A stretch of 64,000 nucleotides of DNA from Candidatus Omnitrophota bacterium (GCA_030632085.1 DAOVJY010000001.1:2125-66124); one strand, 5' to 3'; positions 18,950 through 28,567 are shown, numbered from the stretch's first letter. Notes: a model not told the origin generated them from the letters alone. Numbers and translations: made by a program.

Positions 18950-19156
18950 TTAGCTTTCTTTCTTTGATTCTTTTTTCTTTTCTTTTATCTCAATCACTTG
19001 CTTGCCTCTATAATATCCGCAATAAGGACAAACCGCGTGCGGCTTTTTCATTCTACCGCAATGCTTACATTTGCTGAGACTGCAAACGCTTAATTTTTTA
19101 TGTGTCTTCTTTTTATCTCTTCTCGCCTTGGAAATCTTTCTTTTTGGTAACGCCAT
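18950..19156 (-). CDS. rpmF: 50S ribosomal protein L32
   Basis: MALPKRKISKARRDKKKTHKKL N-terminus and CxxC...CxxC zinc ribbon. Lys/Glu-rich C-terminal tail. Confidence 0.85.
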   Translation of the reverse strand: MALPKRKISKARRDKKKTHKKLSVCSLSKCKHCGRMKKPHAVCPYCGYYRGKQVIEIKEKKKESKKES

Positions 19157-19256
19157 ATCAACTCCTCCTGAATTATAATACTGATTTATTATTTGTTTTT
19201 AAGTTTACACCTTCACCTACAATAAAACTTAAATCAATGCCCTTTTTACTATTGAC

Positions 19257-19285
19257 TTTATATTCGAATTTAAAAGATTTGTCAA
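19257..19285 (-). promoter_or_regulatory. Putative sigma70 promoter upstream of rpmF (TTGACA-17-TATAAA)
   Basis: Minus strand: TTGACAaatcttttaaattcgaaTATAAAg, ~100 nt upstream of rpmF. Confidence 0.3.
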
Positions 19286-19342
19286 GTTCATAATTGAATT
19301 CTTCGCGGTATCTTAAACATATTGCCCTAAAATTTACTTTTT

Positions 19343-20497
19343 TTACTTCTTTTTAATAATGTTGCGGGTATCTTGCGCGATCATTAATTCTTCATCAGTT
19401 GGTATTACAAGCACTTTTAACGCCGGTTTGATAAAATTATTAAGCCCTTCAACAACTTTATTTCTTATAAAAGCGCAGTTCTCACCGATACCCCCGGTAA
19501 AAATCAGAGCATCCGCCCCGCCCAAAGCGACAATATAAGCTCCAACGTATTTCCTGACTCTATATATAAATAGATCAAGGGCAATTCCCGCCTTCTTATT
19601 TTTCTTTTTCGCCGCGGCTTCGATGTCTCTCATATCACTACTCAACTCCGAAAGGCCCAGTAAGCCGCTCTTCTTATTTAAAATGTTGTCCATCTCACTC
19701 GGGGTAAGATTGTCTACTTTCATAAGATACATGAGAATCGCGGGATCTAAGTCACCGCTTCTTGTACCCATCAACAATCCTTCAAGCGGCGTAAGGCCCA
19801 TAGATGTATCAATGCATTTACCATTCTTAACAGCGGATATACTGCAGCCGTTACCCAGGTGACATGTTATAATTTTTAAATCTTTGCGCGGCTTCTTTAA
19901 TAATCTAGTTGCTTTCATGGAAACATATCTATGGCTTGTACCGTGAAATCCATACCTCCTTATACCGCGTTTCGCGTAATATTTGTACGGAATCCCATAT
20001 AAATAAGCGTGAGCGGGCATTGTCTGCCCAAAGGCGGTATCAAAAACGGCAACCTGTGAAATATTTTTTAATTCCTTCTCACAGGCGATTATACCCTGAA
20101 GATTTACGGGATTATGCAAAGGGCCAAATTTTATATATTCCCTAATAATTTTTTTTACGGTTTTATTTATAATACACGGTTGGGTAAACTTTTCCCCTCC
20201 GTGAAGCACTCTATGGCCTACGGCATCTATCTCATTTCGCGATTTTAAAACCCTATATGTGTCGTGCTCGGCTAAATAAGATACAAGTATCTTTATAGCG
20301 GATTGATGATCCGGCGCCTTCACTTTTTTCTTATTAATGCTTGGTTTATTTACCGGATAATGACTAAAAAGCTGGGTCGCCTGCCCAATTTTTTCAATTA
20401 ATCCTTTGGCCATTATTTTATAAACCAAGCCGCCCTTAACGTCATACAGCCTATATTTAACCGATGAGCTTCCACAGTTTACAACAAGAATCTTCAT
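19343..20497 (-). CDS. ackA: Acetate kinase
   Basis: MKILVVNCGSSSVKYRLYD ASKHA N-terminus; ~385 aa. Confidence 0.9.
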   Translation of the reverse strand: MKILVVNCGSSSVKYRLYDVKGGLVYKIMAKGLIEKIGQATQLFSHYPVNKPSINKKKVKAPDHQSAIKILVSYLAEHDTYRVLKSRNEIDAVGHRVLHGGEKFTQPCIINKTVKKIIREYIKFGPLHNPVNLQGIIACEKELKNISQVAVFDTAFGQTMPAHAYLYGIPYKYYAKRGIRRYGFHGTSHRYVSMKATRLLKKPRKDLKIITCHLGNGCSISAVKNGKCIDTSMGLTPLEGLLMGTRSGDLDPAILMYLMKVDNLTPSEMDNILNKKSGLLGLSELSSDMRDIEAAAKKKNKKAGIALDLFIYRVRKYVGAYIVALGGADALIFTGGIGENCAFIRNKVVEGLNNFIKPALKVLVIPTDEELMIAQDTRNIIKKK

Positions 20498-20511
20498 GAG
20501 TAATATTAACC

Positions 20512-21504
20512 TTATTGATTTCTAATAGCTGTTATAGCTACAGCATCTATTACAGCTTGAACATTGCACCCTCGCGATAAATCACTGCAGGACTTTTTTA
20601 AGCCCTGAAGCAAGGGGCCTATCGCCTTAGCTTTTGAAAGCCTTTGAACGAGCTTATAAGATATATTCCCGGATTCAAGCCCGGGAAAAATCAAAACATT
20701 AGCCTTACCCTTAAGGCAACTGTCAGGTGATTTCTTTTGAGCTACCTCGGGAATAATAGCCGCGTCTACCTGTATTTCTCCATCGAGAATTAACTTTGGA
20801 CGCATTTTTTTGGCAATCTCAACCGCTCTGCGAACCTTATCCACAGGAGCACCTTTGGCGCTTCCTTTAGTGGAATAACTTAAAAAAGCTACCCTGGGAT
20901 CAATACTAAATACTTTTTGGAGCAGTTGGGCGCTGGATATCGCAATCGCGGCTAGTTGTTCTGAAGTAGGCTCCGGTACAATCCCGCAATCAGCAAAGAC
21001 AAAAACTCCATCCTCACCCAAATTACAATCAGGCACTGCCATAATAAAAGAGCTTGAAAGAGTCTTGATTTCATCATCAACTCCAATACAATGCAATGCC
21101 GCTCGAGCTACATTTGCGGATGTAGTTACAGCTCCGGCAACAAACCCGTCCGCCCCGCCTTGCGCCACCAGCATCGCGGAATAAAAAAGAGGATCTTTCA
21201 TAACTTCTCTGGCATCCTCTAAAGTAATCCCTCTATGCTTTCTGTTTTCAAAATAAGAAGCGGCAAACTCTTCAAAATTCGCCGCTTTTTCATTATCTAT
21301 TATTTCAACCTTATCCAAACTTACGGAACAGTCTTTAGCCGCCTTAATAACCTCTTCCTTTATGCCAATCAATACAGGGGCAGCCAAATTTTCCTGAGTT
21401 ATCTTCGCAACCGCCTCAATGATTCTTTTATCATACGACTCCGGTAAAACGATCCTTTTGAGATTAGATTTTGCGTTTGCGTAGATACTATCTAATATAT
21501 TCAT
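20512..21504 (-). CDS. pta: Phosphate acetyltransferase (short form; acetyl/butyryl specificity unresolved)
   Basis: 330-aa PTA_PTB family protein immediately downstream of ackA. Confidence 0.8.
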   Translation of the reverse strand: MNILDSIYANAKSNLKRIVLPESYDKRIIEAVAKITQENLAAPVLIGIKEEVIKAAKDCSVSLDKVEIIDNEKAANFEEFAASYFENRKHRGITLEDAREVMKDPLFYSAMLVAQGGADGFVAGAVTTSANVARAALHCIGVDDEIKTLSSSFIMAVPDCNLGEDGVFVFADCGIVPEPTSEQLAAIAISSAQLLQKVFSIDPRVAFLSYSTKGSAKGAPVDKVRRAVEIAKKMRPKLILDGEIQVDAAIIPEVAQKKSPDSCLKGKANVLIFPGLESGNISYKLVQRLSKAKAIGPLLQGLKKSCSDLSRGCNVQAVIDAVAITAIRNQ

Positions 21505-21993
21505 TTACTCCGGTCTTAATTTCTTAGTTAGCGCTTCGGCAATCTCTTTAGGAACAAATTGCTCAACATTAGCTCCCAATAAAACAGCTTCTTTTATCAA
21601 TTTTGAAGATAAATAGCAATAAGATTCATTGGGCATCATAAAAATGGTTTCTACTTCCGGTTCCAATTGCCTATTGGTTAGCGCCATTTGAAACTCATAT
21701 TCAAAATCGGAAATCATTCGTATTCCTCGAATAATAGTCCTTGCCTCTGCCGCTTTCACATAATTAACAACTAAACTATTAAAGTCATCCACTTTAACAT
21801 TTTCTATGCCCTCAACAGCTTTTTTAACCATAAAAACTCTCTCTTCAATGCTAAATAGAGGCTGTTTATTGACAGAATGAGCCACAGCCACAACTACCTC
21901 ATCGAATATTTTAGCTGCTCTTTTGAGGAGATCAAGGTGGCCGTATGTGATAGGATCAAAGGTTCCTGGATATACCGCTTTTCTTTTAATCAC
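21505..21993 (-). CDS. coaD: Phosphopantetheine adenylyltransferase
   Basis: AVYPGTFDPITYGHLDL nucleotidyltransferase motif; 162 aa. Confidence 0.9.
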   Translation of the reverse strand: MIKRKAVYPGTFDPITYGHLDLLKRAAKIFDEVVVAVAHSVNKQPLFSIEERVFMVKKAVEGIENVKVDDFNSLVVNYVKAAEARTIIRGIRMISDFEYEFQMALTNRQLEPEVETIFMMPNESYCYLSSKLIKEAVLLGANVEQFVPKEIAEALTKKLRPE

Positions 21994-22007
21994 TGTTTTT
22001 GCTTGCG

Positions 22008-22569
22008 TTACGCTTGTTTTTTAAAAAAAGTTACAGATGTTTTGCCGGCTTCAATTTGCTTAAGCTTTATATACTCTATTATATCTAAATCCTTGAGAGC
22101 ATTTTTCTCATATTCAGCTATAATCAAGCCATCGGGCAGCAGTATATCATAGTCCAAAAGTAGATGCAAGCTTTTTTTTATCAAGCCTTTACGATAAGGA
22201 GGGTCTAAAAATATTAAATCAAATTTGAGCTCTTTTTTTTTTCGCCTTTTTGATGAATTCCAGGGCATCCCGCTTTAAAATTTGAGCCTTAGAAGCGTCA
22301 TTTTTGTCAAAAATTCGTACATTTTCAAGCAAGCTGGATATATCAATGTCAACCATATAGGCCTTCTTGGCTCCCCTGGAAATAGCTTCTATGCCAAAAG
22401 CACCGCTGCCGGAATACAAATCAAGCACCAGAGCACCCTCAATTTTTGCCATCAATAGATTAAAAAGACATTCCCGCAGACTATCCTTTGTGGGGCTCAC
22501 TACGCTTGATAAAACTTTCAGCTTCCTTCTACTATATTTACCACCTATTATTCTCATAAAAAAACTCAA
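22008..22569 (-). pseudogene. rsmD: 16S rRNA (guanine966-N2)-methyltransferase RsmD, split by a frameshift in a homopolymer
   Basis: ORF 22219-22569 encodes the N-terminal half (MRIIGGKYSRRKL...DLYSGSGAFGIEAISRGA). ORF 22008-22268 encodes the C-terminal half with the FDLIFLDPPY motif, in another frame. The junction lies in a run of 10 T (plus strand 22233-22242; A10 on the coding strand). Confidence 0.6.
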
Positions 22570-22946
22570 TAATATTTCATAAAGCTGGAAATAATGTCAT
22601 CTCTTGTAATGACTCCAATTACCTTTTTGTGCTTAACAACAGGTAATCTTCTTAGAATTTTTTCACTGAATATCTTGGCAACTTTCTCCAGGGCATCCGA
22701 CTCTTTAACAAAAACAACCTTAGCGGTCATAATATCCCTGGCCTTAAGATGCAAAAAATCAGCTCTGGAAAAACTTTTAATGATATCCTTCTCGGACACA
22801 ATTCCTGACAAGTAACCCTTTTCACTAACTACGGGAATATTGGTAATCTTCTTATCGGTTAGTATTTTACCTATTTTCTTTACCGGGGTGCTGTCCGTAA
22901 CCGTAAAAAATTTCCTTCCCTTAAGCACATCTTTTACAACGGCCAT
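22566..22946 (-). CDS. CBS-domain pair protein
   Basis: Two tandem CBS motifs (ITNIPVVSEKGYLSGIVSEKDI ... RLPVVKHKKVIGVITRDDI). Confidence 0.7.
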   Translation of the reverse strand: MAVVKDVLKGRKFFTVTDSTPVKKIGKILTDKKITNIPVVSEKGYLSGIVSEKDIIKSFSRADFLHLKARDIMTAKVVFVKESDALEKVAKIFSEKILRRLPVVKHKKVIGVITRDDIISSFMKYY

Positions 22947-22951
22947 TTAAA

Positions 22952-25267
22952 TCACCTCACTTTTTTTCGCATAGGTATGACAATCCTTTTACCTGGTTCT
23001 AAATAATAATCCTTCTCTTCATGCCTTAATTTGACTTGCTTACAGTGATTAACTCTACTAAATAAACGCGAAGATACCTCTATCTGCTTTTTATTTATCC
23101 TGAAATTTAAAACAAAATTCCTGTACCTAAATTTAAATTGTAACAATTTCCAGTGACTCGGCAAATTGGGCCTTAATTGAATGCCTAATTCATCAATCAC
23201 GATACCGCCAAAGCCCCTTATAACAACTTGGTATGTTCCCCCCAAAGAAGCTCCATGGACGCCATCGCCGGTATTACCGTGTTTATTTTGAATATCACTT
23301 AAAACAGAATATATAAAGTAAACATATGCCCTTAAATCATCCTCTATCCAGGATGCCACCGTGGCATGAACACTGGGGCTCAAAGAAGATTTGTGCAAAG
23401 TCCTCTCAACATAATAATAGTAATTCCTTTTAGTCTGTTCATGGGTAAAATTCTGCGGGAATAAAAAGAACAACATAACTACATCGGCCTGCTTCACAAA
23501 TTGAGTAGCTCCGATATTCTTTAAAGGTACCGCCTTGGGCGTGGCCGGAATAAAATCTCTTTCCCATTCGGATATAGTTATCGACTTTTTCTTAAAATAA
23601 CCGTCGAATTGTTCAATTAATTTATTCTTTTTTGAAAATTCAAAATAAATCTTCTGGCCGATTTTAAACCATGAGGCTACTTCTTTATCGGTTACCCCTA
23701 ATTTTTTCTTAATTCTTTTGAATCTGGCTTTGGCCTTTTTTCCATAGTAATCATTTAAAGCCACCGCGTACAATAAATTCCACTTAGCCATATAATTGGT
23801 AAAAGCGTTATTATTAACATTTATATGGAACTCATCAGGGCCAATGACTCCATTTATATCATATCTATCTTTGGCCTTATTATATGTAACTCTACTCGCG
23901 TAAAATCGGGCCGATTCAAAAACCATCTCTATGCCATATCTTAAAAGAAAATTTTCATCATTGGTGTGCAGGACATAATTGTAAATACTATAGGCGATAT
24001 CAGCCGAGATATGCTGTTCATAATCCTGGGTATGGATTTCAATAATCGTCCCGTCCAGATCCTTTGAATAACCGGGAGTTGTCTCAATTCCGGTAGCAGC
24101 AGACTCCCAGGGGAAAAGCGCCCCTTTGTAATTAAATTTCAGAGCTCTCCGGCGGGCATTATCAAGCCGGCGGTATCGATACAATAATAACTTCCTGCTG
24201 ACTTCAGGATTAGTCATATTAAAAAAAGGCATAATGAATATTTCAGTATCCCAGAATACATGCCCTCTATAACCTTCGCCGGAAAGTGTCTTGGCGGCAA
24301 CGCTGACATCTTTACTCCAACGCCCGGCCGCGATCAACAAATGATAAATGTTAAACCGTACCGCTTTTTGAATATCCTTATCACCCTGAATTACTACATC
24401 TGATTCTTTCCACAGTTGAGTCCAGACATTTTTATGCTCCCTTAAAAGCTTTTCAAATCCGCTTTTATAGGCATCTTTTACTTCCCGAGAAGAAACGGCC
24501 CTAATTTTTTTTCGGCTGATATGCCTTGAGGTATGAACTGTTATGTACTTAGTTAAAGTAACGCTGGCGCCCTTCTTTAAGAATAAGTTTTGAACTCTGC
24601 TATTAGCCAATTTCCGCTTTTGGCCGGACTTCATTGATAAAAGTGTCGAATACGCGATCCAGGTTTTATATGTATAACTACGCATGCATAGATAATTTAA
24701 TTTTGTTTCGCCATCAGCTTCAACAACTTTCACATGCCTCTTTCGCCCTTCCAATATCCCTCCCTGATTAGCTACCGAATCATCAATGCAATCCTGGATA
24801 ATCAGGTGCATAGGCGCGTTTACAGCCGTCAACTTAACCCTCATTATAATTAAATGGTGATTAGCATAACTTATAAACCTGGTCGATTCATAATTAATCT
24901 TTCTACCCCAGGCATCTTTATATAACGTATTTCTGTATAAGAGGCCGTTTTTCATATCTAAACAACGGCTATGCTTTAAAACCTTCATACTCCTGACATC
25001 TAATTTTTCACCTTCTGAAGCAATTCTCATATCCAATGGGTTAGGGAGATTAATTAACTCCTCAACCTGGGCAACACTCTTATCGAAAACTCCAGCTATA
25101 AAAGTCCCCGGAGTATAACCCTCAGGCGATTCTTCAAAAATTCCCCTAATTCCCATATAACTATTACCCAAGGTGAAAATAGACTCATAAGCTCTTTGGG
25201 TATCCGGGTTAAAATCATGCATTTTTTCTTCAATTATCCAGTCATTGCCGGAAAGTAACTTTTTCAT
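22952..25267 (-). CDS. Glycoside hydrolase family 65 disaccharide phosphorylase (maltose/kojibiose/trehalose phosphorylase-like)
   Basis: 771 aa with GH65 N-terminal beta-sandwich and central (alpha/alpha)6 catalytic domain. Adjacent beta-phosphoglucomutase is the classic partner. Confidence 0.8.
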   Translation of the reverse strand: MKKLLSGNDWIIEEKMHDFNPDTQRAYESIFTLGNSYMGIRGIFEESPEGYTPGTFIAGVFDKSVAQVEELINLPNPLDMRIASEGEKLDVRSMKVLKHSRCLDMKNGLLYRNTLYKDAWGRKINYESTRFISYANHHLIIMRVKLTAVNAPMHLIIQDCIDDSVANQGGILEGRKRHVKVVEADGETKLNYLCMRSYTYKTWIAYSTLLSMKSGQKRKLANSRVQNLFLKKGASVTLTKYITVHTSRHISRKKIRAVSSREVKDAYKSGFEKLLREHKNVWTQLWKESDVVIQGDKDIQKAVRFNIYHLLIAAGRWSKDVSVAAKTLSGEGYRGHVFWDTEIFIMPFFNMTNPEVSRKLLLYRYRRLDNARRRALKFNYKGALFPWESAATGIETTPGYSKDLDGTIIEIHTQDYEQHISADIAYSIYNYVLHTNDENFLLRYGIEMVFESARFYASRVTYNKAKDRYDINGVIGPDEFHINVNNNAFTNYMAKWNLLYAVALNDYYGKKAKARFKRIKKKLGVTDKEVASWFKIGQKIYFEFSKKNKLIEQFDGYFKKKSITISEWERDFIPATPKAVPLKNIGATQFVKQADVVMLFFLFPQNFTHEQTKRNYYYYVERTLHKSSLSPSVHATVASWIEDDLRAYVYFIYSVLSDIQNKHGNTGDGVHGASLGGTYQVVIRGFGGIVIDELGIQLRPNLPSHWKLLQFKFRYRNFVLNFRINKKQIEVSSRLFSRVNHCKQVKLRHEEKDYYLEPGKRIVIPMRKKVR

Positions 25268-25926
25268 ATATTTTTTTTGATTTTCTCCTCTATTAGAGCG
25301 ATATCAAGCTTACTGAAATCATTAATAACAATATCCGCGCCGCGCAAAATCTCAGGTTTATCAACCCGATCAACCCCCACGCACACCATGTTTCCGTTTT
25401 TAGCCGCTTCAACGCCTTTCTTGGCATCTTCAAAGACCACAGCATTTAAAGGATTGACATTTATCATTTTGGCCGCGTTTAAAAATATCTCCGGGTCCGG
25501 TTTTCCATTCTTAAATCCGTATCCGTCAATCACAGCATCAAATATTTTAAATATACCTATCTTATTTAGAATATCTTTGCAGTTTTTACTTGAAGAAGCT
25601 ACGGCAAGCATAAATTTGCCCTTCTCCAGGGAATCAATAAATTTAATTGCATCTTCATAAACATCAACATTATCATTAGTTAGAAGTTCTACAAAATAGT
25701 TTTGTTTTTTCTTTGCCGCCGCCTTTAATTCCTCATCTGTTAAATCTGTTAATATGGCTCCGGCCCCATCCAATCTGGGAATACCGTCAACCCTTTCTTT
25801 ATACATTTCAAACGTAAAATCAATACCATAACCGGCAAACATTTTTTTCCAGGCCTTGAAATGCAAAGGAACCGTATTGGTTATAACACCGTCCATATCA
25901 AAGATTAATCCAATTTTTGAACTCAT
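25264..25926 (-). CDS. pgmB: Beta-phosphoglucomutase (HAD superfamily)
   Basis: GLIFDMDGVITNT HAD motif I. 220 aa. Overlaps the GH65 gene by 4 nt. Confidence 0.8.
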   Translation of the reverse strand: MSSKIGLIFDMDGVITNTVPLHFKAWKKMFAGYGIDFTFEMYKERVDGIPRLDGAGAILTDLTDEELKAAAKKKQNYFVELLTNDNVDVYEDAIKFIDSLEKGKFMLAVASSSKNCKDILNKIGIFKIFDAVIDGYGFKNGKPDPEIFLNAAKMINVNPLNAVVFEDAKKGVEAAKNGNMVCVGVDRVDKPEILRGADIVINDFSKLDIALIEEKIKKNI

Positions 25927-27140
25927 TAGCCGTCTTTCTTTAAAACTTTTTCATAAATTTTCAGAGTGGCATCTGTCATTTTCTCAACAGTAAAATTACT
26001 TACAACCATCTCTCTTCCGTTTTCGCCTAAGCGCCTTCTTAAATCTTCATCCTTAAGAAGCCTGATTATCCTATCGGCCAGCTCAAGATGCCTCTTCACC
26101 CGGACGACATAGCCGTTTAAACCCTCTTTAATAATCTCCGGCATGCCGCCGGTATCCGTAACCACCATAGGAACTCCGCTAGCCAGAGATTCCAGCATGG
26201 TAATTCCGAAAGGCTCAGAAGCTGTTGAGGGATACAGAGAAACAGATGAAATATTATAAAATTTAGGTATTACTTTATGCGGAATCATATTTACAAAAAC
26301 ATTCTTTTCAAGCTTTAATATCTTTACCAGGTGCAACAAGTAAGCAATATCTTTCTCCTGAGTAGAATTCCAATCAATAATATGTTCAGTGCCGCATAAG
26401 ACAAGCATGGCTTCAGGCACCTCCTTAACTACTTCAGTCATAGACTTAATGCTGGTATCACATCCCTTAGCCAAACCCATTCTGGCCGGATGAAATATAA
26501 CCTTACGGCCTTTAAGCTGCGGATACTTTTTGATTATCTCAACTGATGCGGCATCCGGCTTAAAAAGATTAACGTCAACTCCATGATAAACTACGCTGAT
26601 ATCCTTTTCTTTTAAGCCTACTCCGCAAAGCTCATCTTTAATATATTGACTAACGGCAATAATATGGCTCCACTTTACAATTTTAGTCGTTAAATTCAGA
26701 AAAAGGCCGTCATCCCAAACGTTGTGCGCCGTAAGAACGAGGGGTATTTTATTTATCTTGGCATACTCATTTAATAACTCAGCGTGAACGGTGCTAAAAT
26801 AGTGCATATTATGAGCATGGATAATATCAGGTTTAATCTTATCCAAAACACCGTACATATATTCTCTTAAAGCCGGCTCTATGCCCTCAAAGCCTCTTTT
26901 TGCTAACCAGTTGAGATCAAAATAGGAACTACGAATTACCTTCATTCCTTTATAATCTTCCTCTTGCGCCGTATCAGGCGGCATGCCGGTTAATAAATAA
27001 ACCTTATGCTTTCTTCTAACCAAAGCCGGCCCTATAAGAGTTAAATGCGTTTCAACTCCCCCTATTATTGGCGGAAAACCCCAGTGCATTTGAACAATCT
27101 TTAAACTATTTAATTTTTTGGACTTAGCCATAACACTCAA
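25926..27140 (-). CDS. Family 4 glycosyltransferase (GT4, retaining)
   Basis: 404 aa GT-B fold with C-terminal E...E GT4 motif region (EPFGITMLESLASGVPMV). Confidence 0.8.
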   Translation of the reverse strand: MSVMAKSKKLNSLKIVQMHWGFPPIIGGVETHLTLIGPALVRRKHKVYLLTGMPPDTAQEEDYKGMKVIRSSYFDLNWLAKRGFEGIEPALREYMYGVLDKIKPDIIHAHNMHYFSTVHAELLNEYAKINKIPLVLTAHNVWDDGLFLNLTTKIVKWSHIIAVSQYIKDELCGVGLKEKDISVVYHGVDVNLFKPDAASVEIIKKYPQLKGRKVIFHPARMGLAKGCDTSIKSMTEVVKEVPEAMLVLCGTEHIIDWNSTQEKDIAYLLHLVKILKLEKNVFVNMIPHKVIPKFYNISSVSLYPSTASEPFGITMLESLASGVPMVVTDTGGMPEIIKEGLNGYVVRVKRHLELADRIIRLLKDEDLRRRLGENGREMVVSNFTVEKMTDATLKIYEKVLKKDG

Positions 27141-27259
27141 CCCTTCCCGTAGTGACGGTTAGTAATGGTCAATTTATTCATAGTCTTTAAAGATTTAAAC
27201 GAAAGATTACCCTATAATGGTATTTTTGTCAAGACGCGGCAAATTGTTATAAAAATAAA

Positions 27260-27853
27260 TCACATACCATTTTTAAGCGCTTGAAATTCCATGGAAAAAT
27301 CTGATATTTTAACCATAGCTTCCTTCCAGCTTTTTACCCTGTAAATATTTGATTTAGTTGTGAGGTGCTCATTCCACGGATACTCAAACATAATCACTTT
27401 AATTCCGGAATTTGCGATTCTCTCAATATAAATCGGATGATCTTCCAGGAAAACATCCACTTTTTCGTTGTGATTTTCCGATAAAAGGTGTTTATCGGCT
27501 AAGGTAAAATATATCTCTTGATAATTAATATCATGTCTTGCCAACCATTCTATCGTAACCTTCTTGACCTGCCTCGGCCTGGCTGTGACAATGATTATAC
27601 GGTTTTCCTTGGAAAGATTTTTGACACATTCGACCGCGCCTTCAAGAGGCCTCATATCCAACCAAAGCTGCTCATCAAGAAACATTTCATAAAGTCTTTT
27701 TATTTCAGCCTCGGATAAATAGAACGAATTCTCATAATGAAAACTTTTAACTTTATGTTTTGGGAAGGGCATCTTGAATAAACGCCGCATCGCGCTTCTA
27801 AATGTGACATCCGCGTTGGCCAAAATACCATCTATATCTAAAGCTATATTCAT
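27260..27853 (-). CDS. HAD-superfamily phosphatase (NT5C-like 5'(3')-nucleotidase family or sugar-phosphate phosphatase)
   Basis: MNIALDIDGILAN motif I (DxD) and small size. Substrate cannot be inferred from sequence. Confidence 0.5.
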   Translation of the reverse strand: MNIALDIDGILANADVTFRSAMRRLFKMPFPKHKVKSFHYENSFYLSEAEIKRLYEMFLDEQLWLDMRPLEGAVECVKNLSKENRIIIVTARPRQVKKVTIEWLARHDINYQEIYFTLADKHLLSENHNEKVDVFLEDHPIYIERIANSGIKVIMFEYPWNEHLTTKSNIYRVKSWKEAMVKISDFSMEFQALKNGM

Positions 27854-27872
27854 AATTGTCCGCTTTTAATTT

Positions 27873-28040
27873 TACTTACTTTCAAGAATAAAAGTTACCG
27901 GGCCGTCGTTCTCAATCATTACTTTCCATTTATCCCGCGGAATTCTAAAATAATGCACCTCACCTGAAAACATAATAAAAGGCTTCTTATCTATAAAGAG
28001 CTGTTTATCATTTAAACGTATCGTACGCTTATTTGTCATT
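27873..28040 (-). pseudogene. 55-codon remnant of a GH35/GH42-type beta-galactosidase N-terminus
   Basis: Minus-strand translation MTNKRTIRLNDKQLFIDKKPFIMFSGEVHYFRIPRDKWKVMIENDGPVTFILESK*. The F.DGKPF.I.SGE.HYFR.PR pattern is typical of beta-galactosidase N-termini. Too short to be functional. Confidence 0.35.
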
Positions 28041-28067
28041 GTTTTATCTCCATTTAAAGGTTATTAT

Positions 28068-28212
28068 AACAACGATTATTTATTTTGCAACTTAAATAAA
28101 AAAGGCGCTAACTTTTTATCAATCAGCACCTTTAACATTTGTCACATTTTTTGCTTATTTTTTTAGTTGCTTATAAACAAAAGCTTAACCCATTACAACT
28201 TTAACCTTATGC
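28068..28212. repeat. Direct repeat copy A (~145 bp) containing a degenerate terminator hairpin
   Basis: ~93% identical to 33903-34052 (aacgattatttattt..aaataaaaaaggcgctaactttttatcaatcagc.cctttaa..tttgtcacattttttgcttatttttt..ataaacaaaagcttaacccattacaactttaacctta). Confidence 0.7.
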
Positions 28213-28421
28213 GGTAAAAGTAAACCCCTCGCCTCACCTTTGTAAAAGAAATTCTGCAAGGTGGGAGATTGATTTTCTTTATCCGTTGCTTCTGCGAAGA
28301 AATCAAGAATGCGCTCAGATCTTTCTTTTTCTCCTTTTAAAATATATGCTATAGCTACTAAAGAATTATTGAAGGTTTGAAACTGACTTCCTTCCATAGA
28401 AGGGAGCAATTTCTTATCCAT
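28185..28421 (-). CDS. Hypothetical 78-aa ORF, probably a C-terminal remnant of a larger gene
   Basis: Its last ~8 codons and the downstream hairpin fall inside the duplicated 145-bp segment. No recognisable domain. Confidence 0.25.
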   Translation of the reverse strand: MDKKLLPSMEGSQFQTFNNSLVAIAYILKGEKERSERILDFFAEATDKENQSPTLQNFFYKGEARGLLLPHKVKVVMG

Positions 28422-28567
28422 AGAAGAACTATCCTGTATTTACTTAAGCCATTCCAGCACCAAGGGATCTTCAGGTGTCATTTTTTCATGCCGCCATTGC
28501 CTAAAACCAATACCGGCCAACTCTCTATCAGGATCGAGTATCGGGTCTGCCGGCGGAAAAGAAGCTG

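Noticed and set aside
19157-19342. Expected yceD/DUF177 gene upstream of rpmF.
   Set aside because: Only 186 nt of non-coding sequence with a promoter-like TTGACA/TATAAA pair; no ORF.
27141-28067. tRNA or other structured RNA genes in the larger intergenic gaps. Also checked: 32359-32625, 33629-33902, 47557-47705, 49420-49627.
   Set aside because: No cloverleaf-compatible sequence (no GTTC..A T-loop with matching acceptor stem), and no tmRNA/RNase P/SRP conserved cores.
28185-28421. 78-aa ORF as an independent functional gene.
   Set aside because: No domain. Its 3' end lies inside a duplicated segment. It sits in a region of obvious gene remnants.
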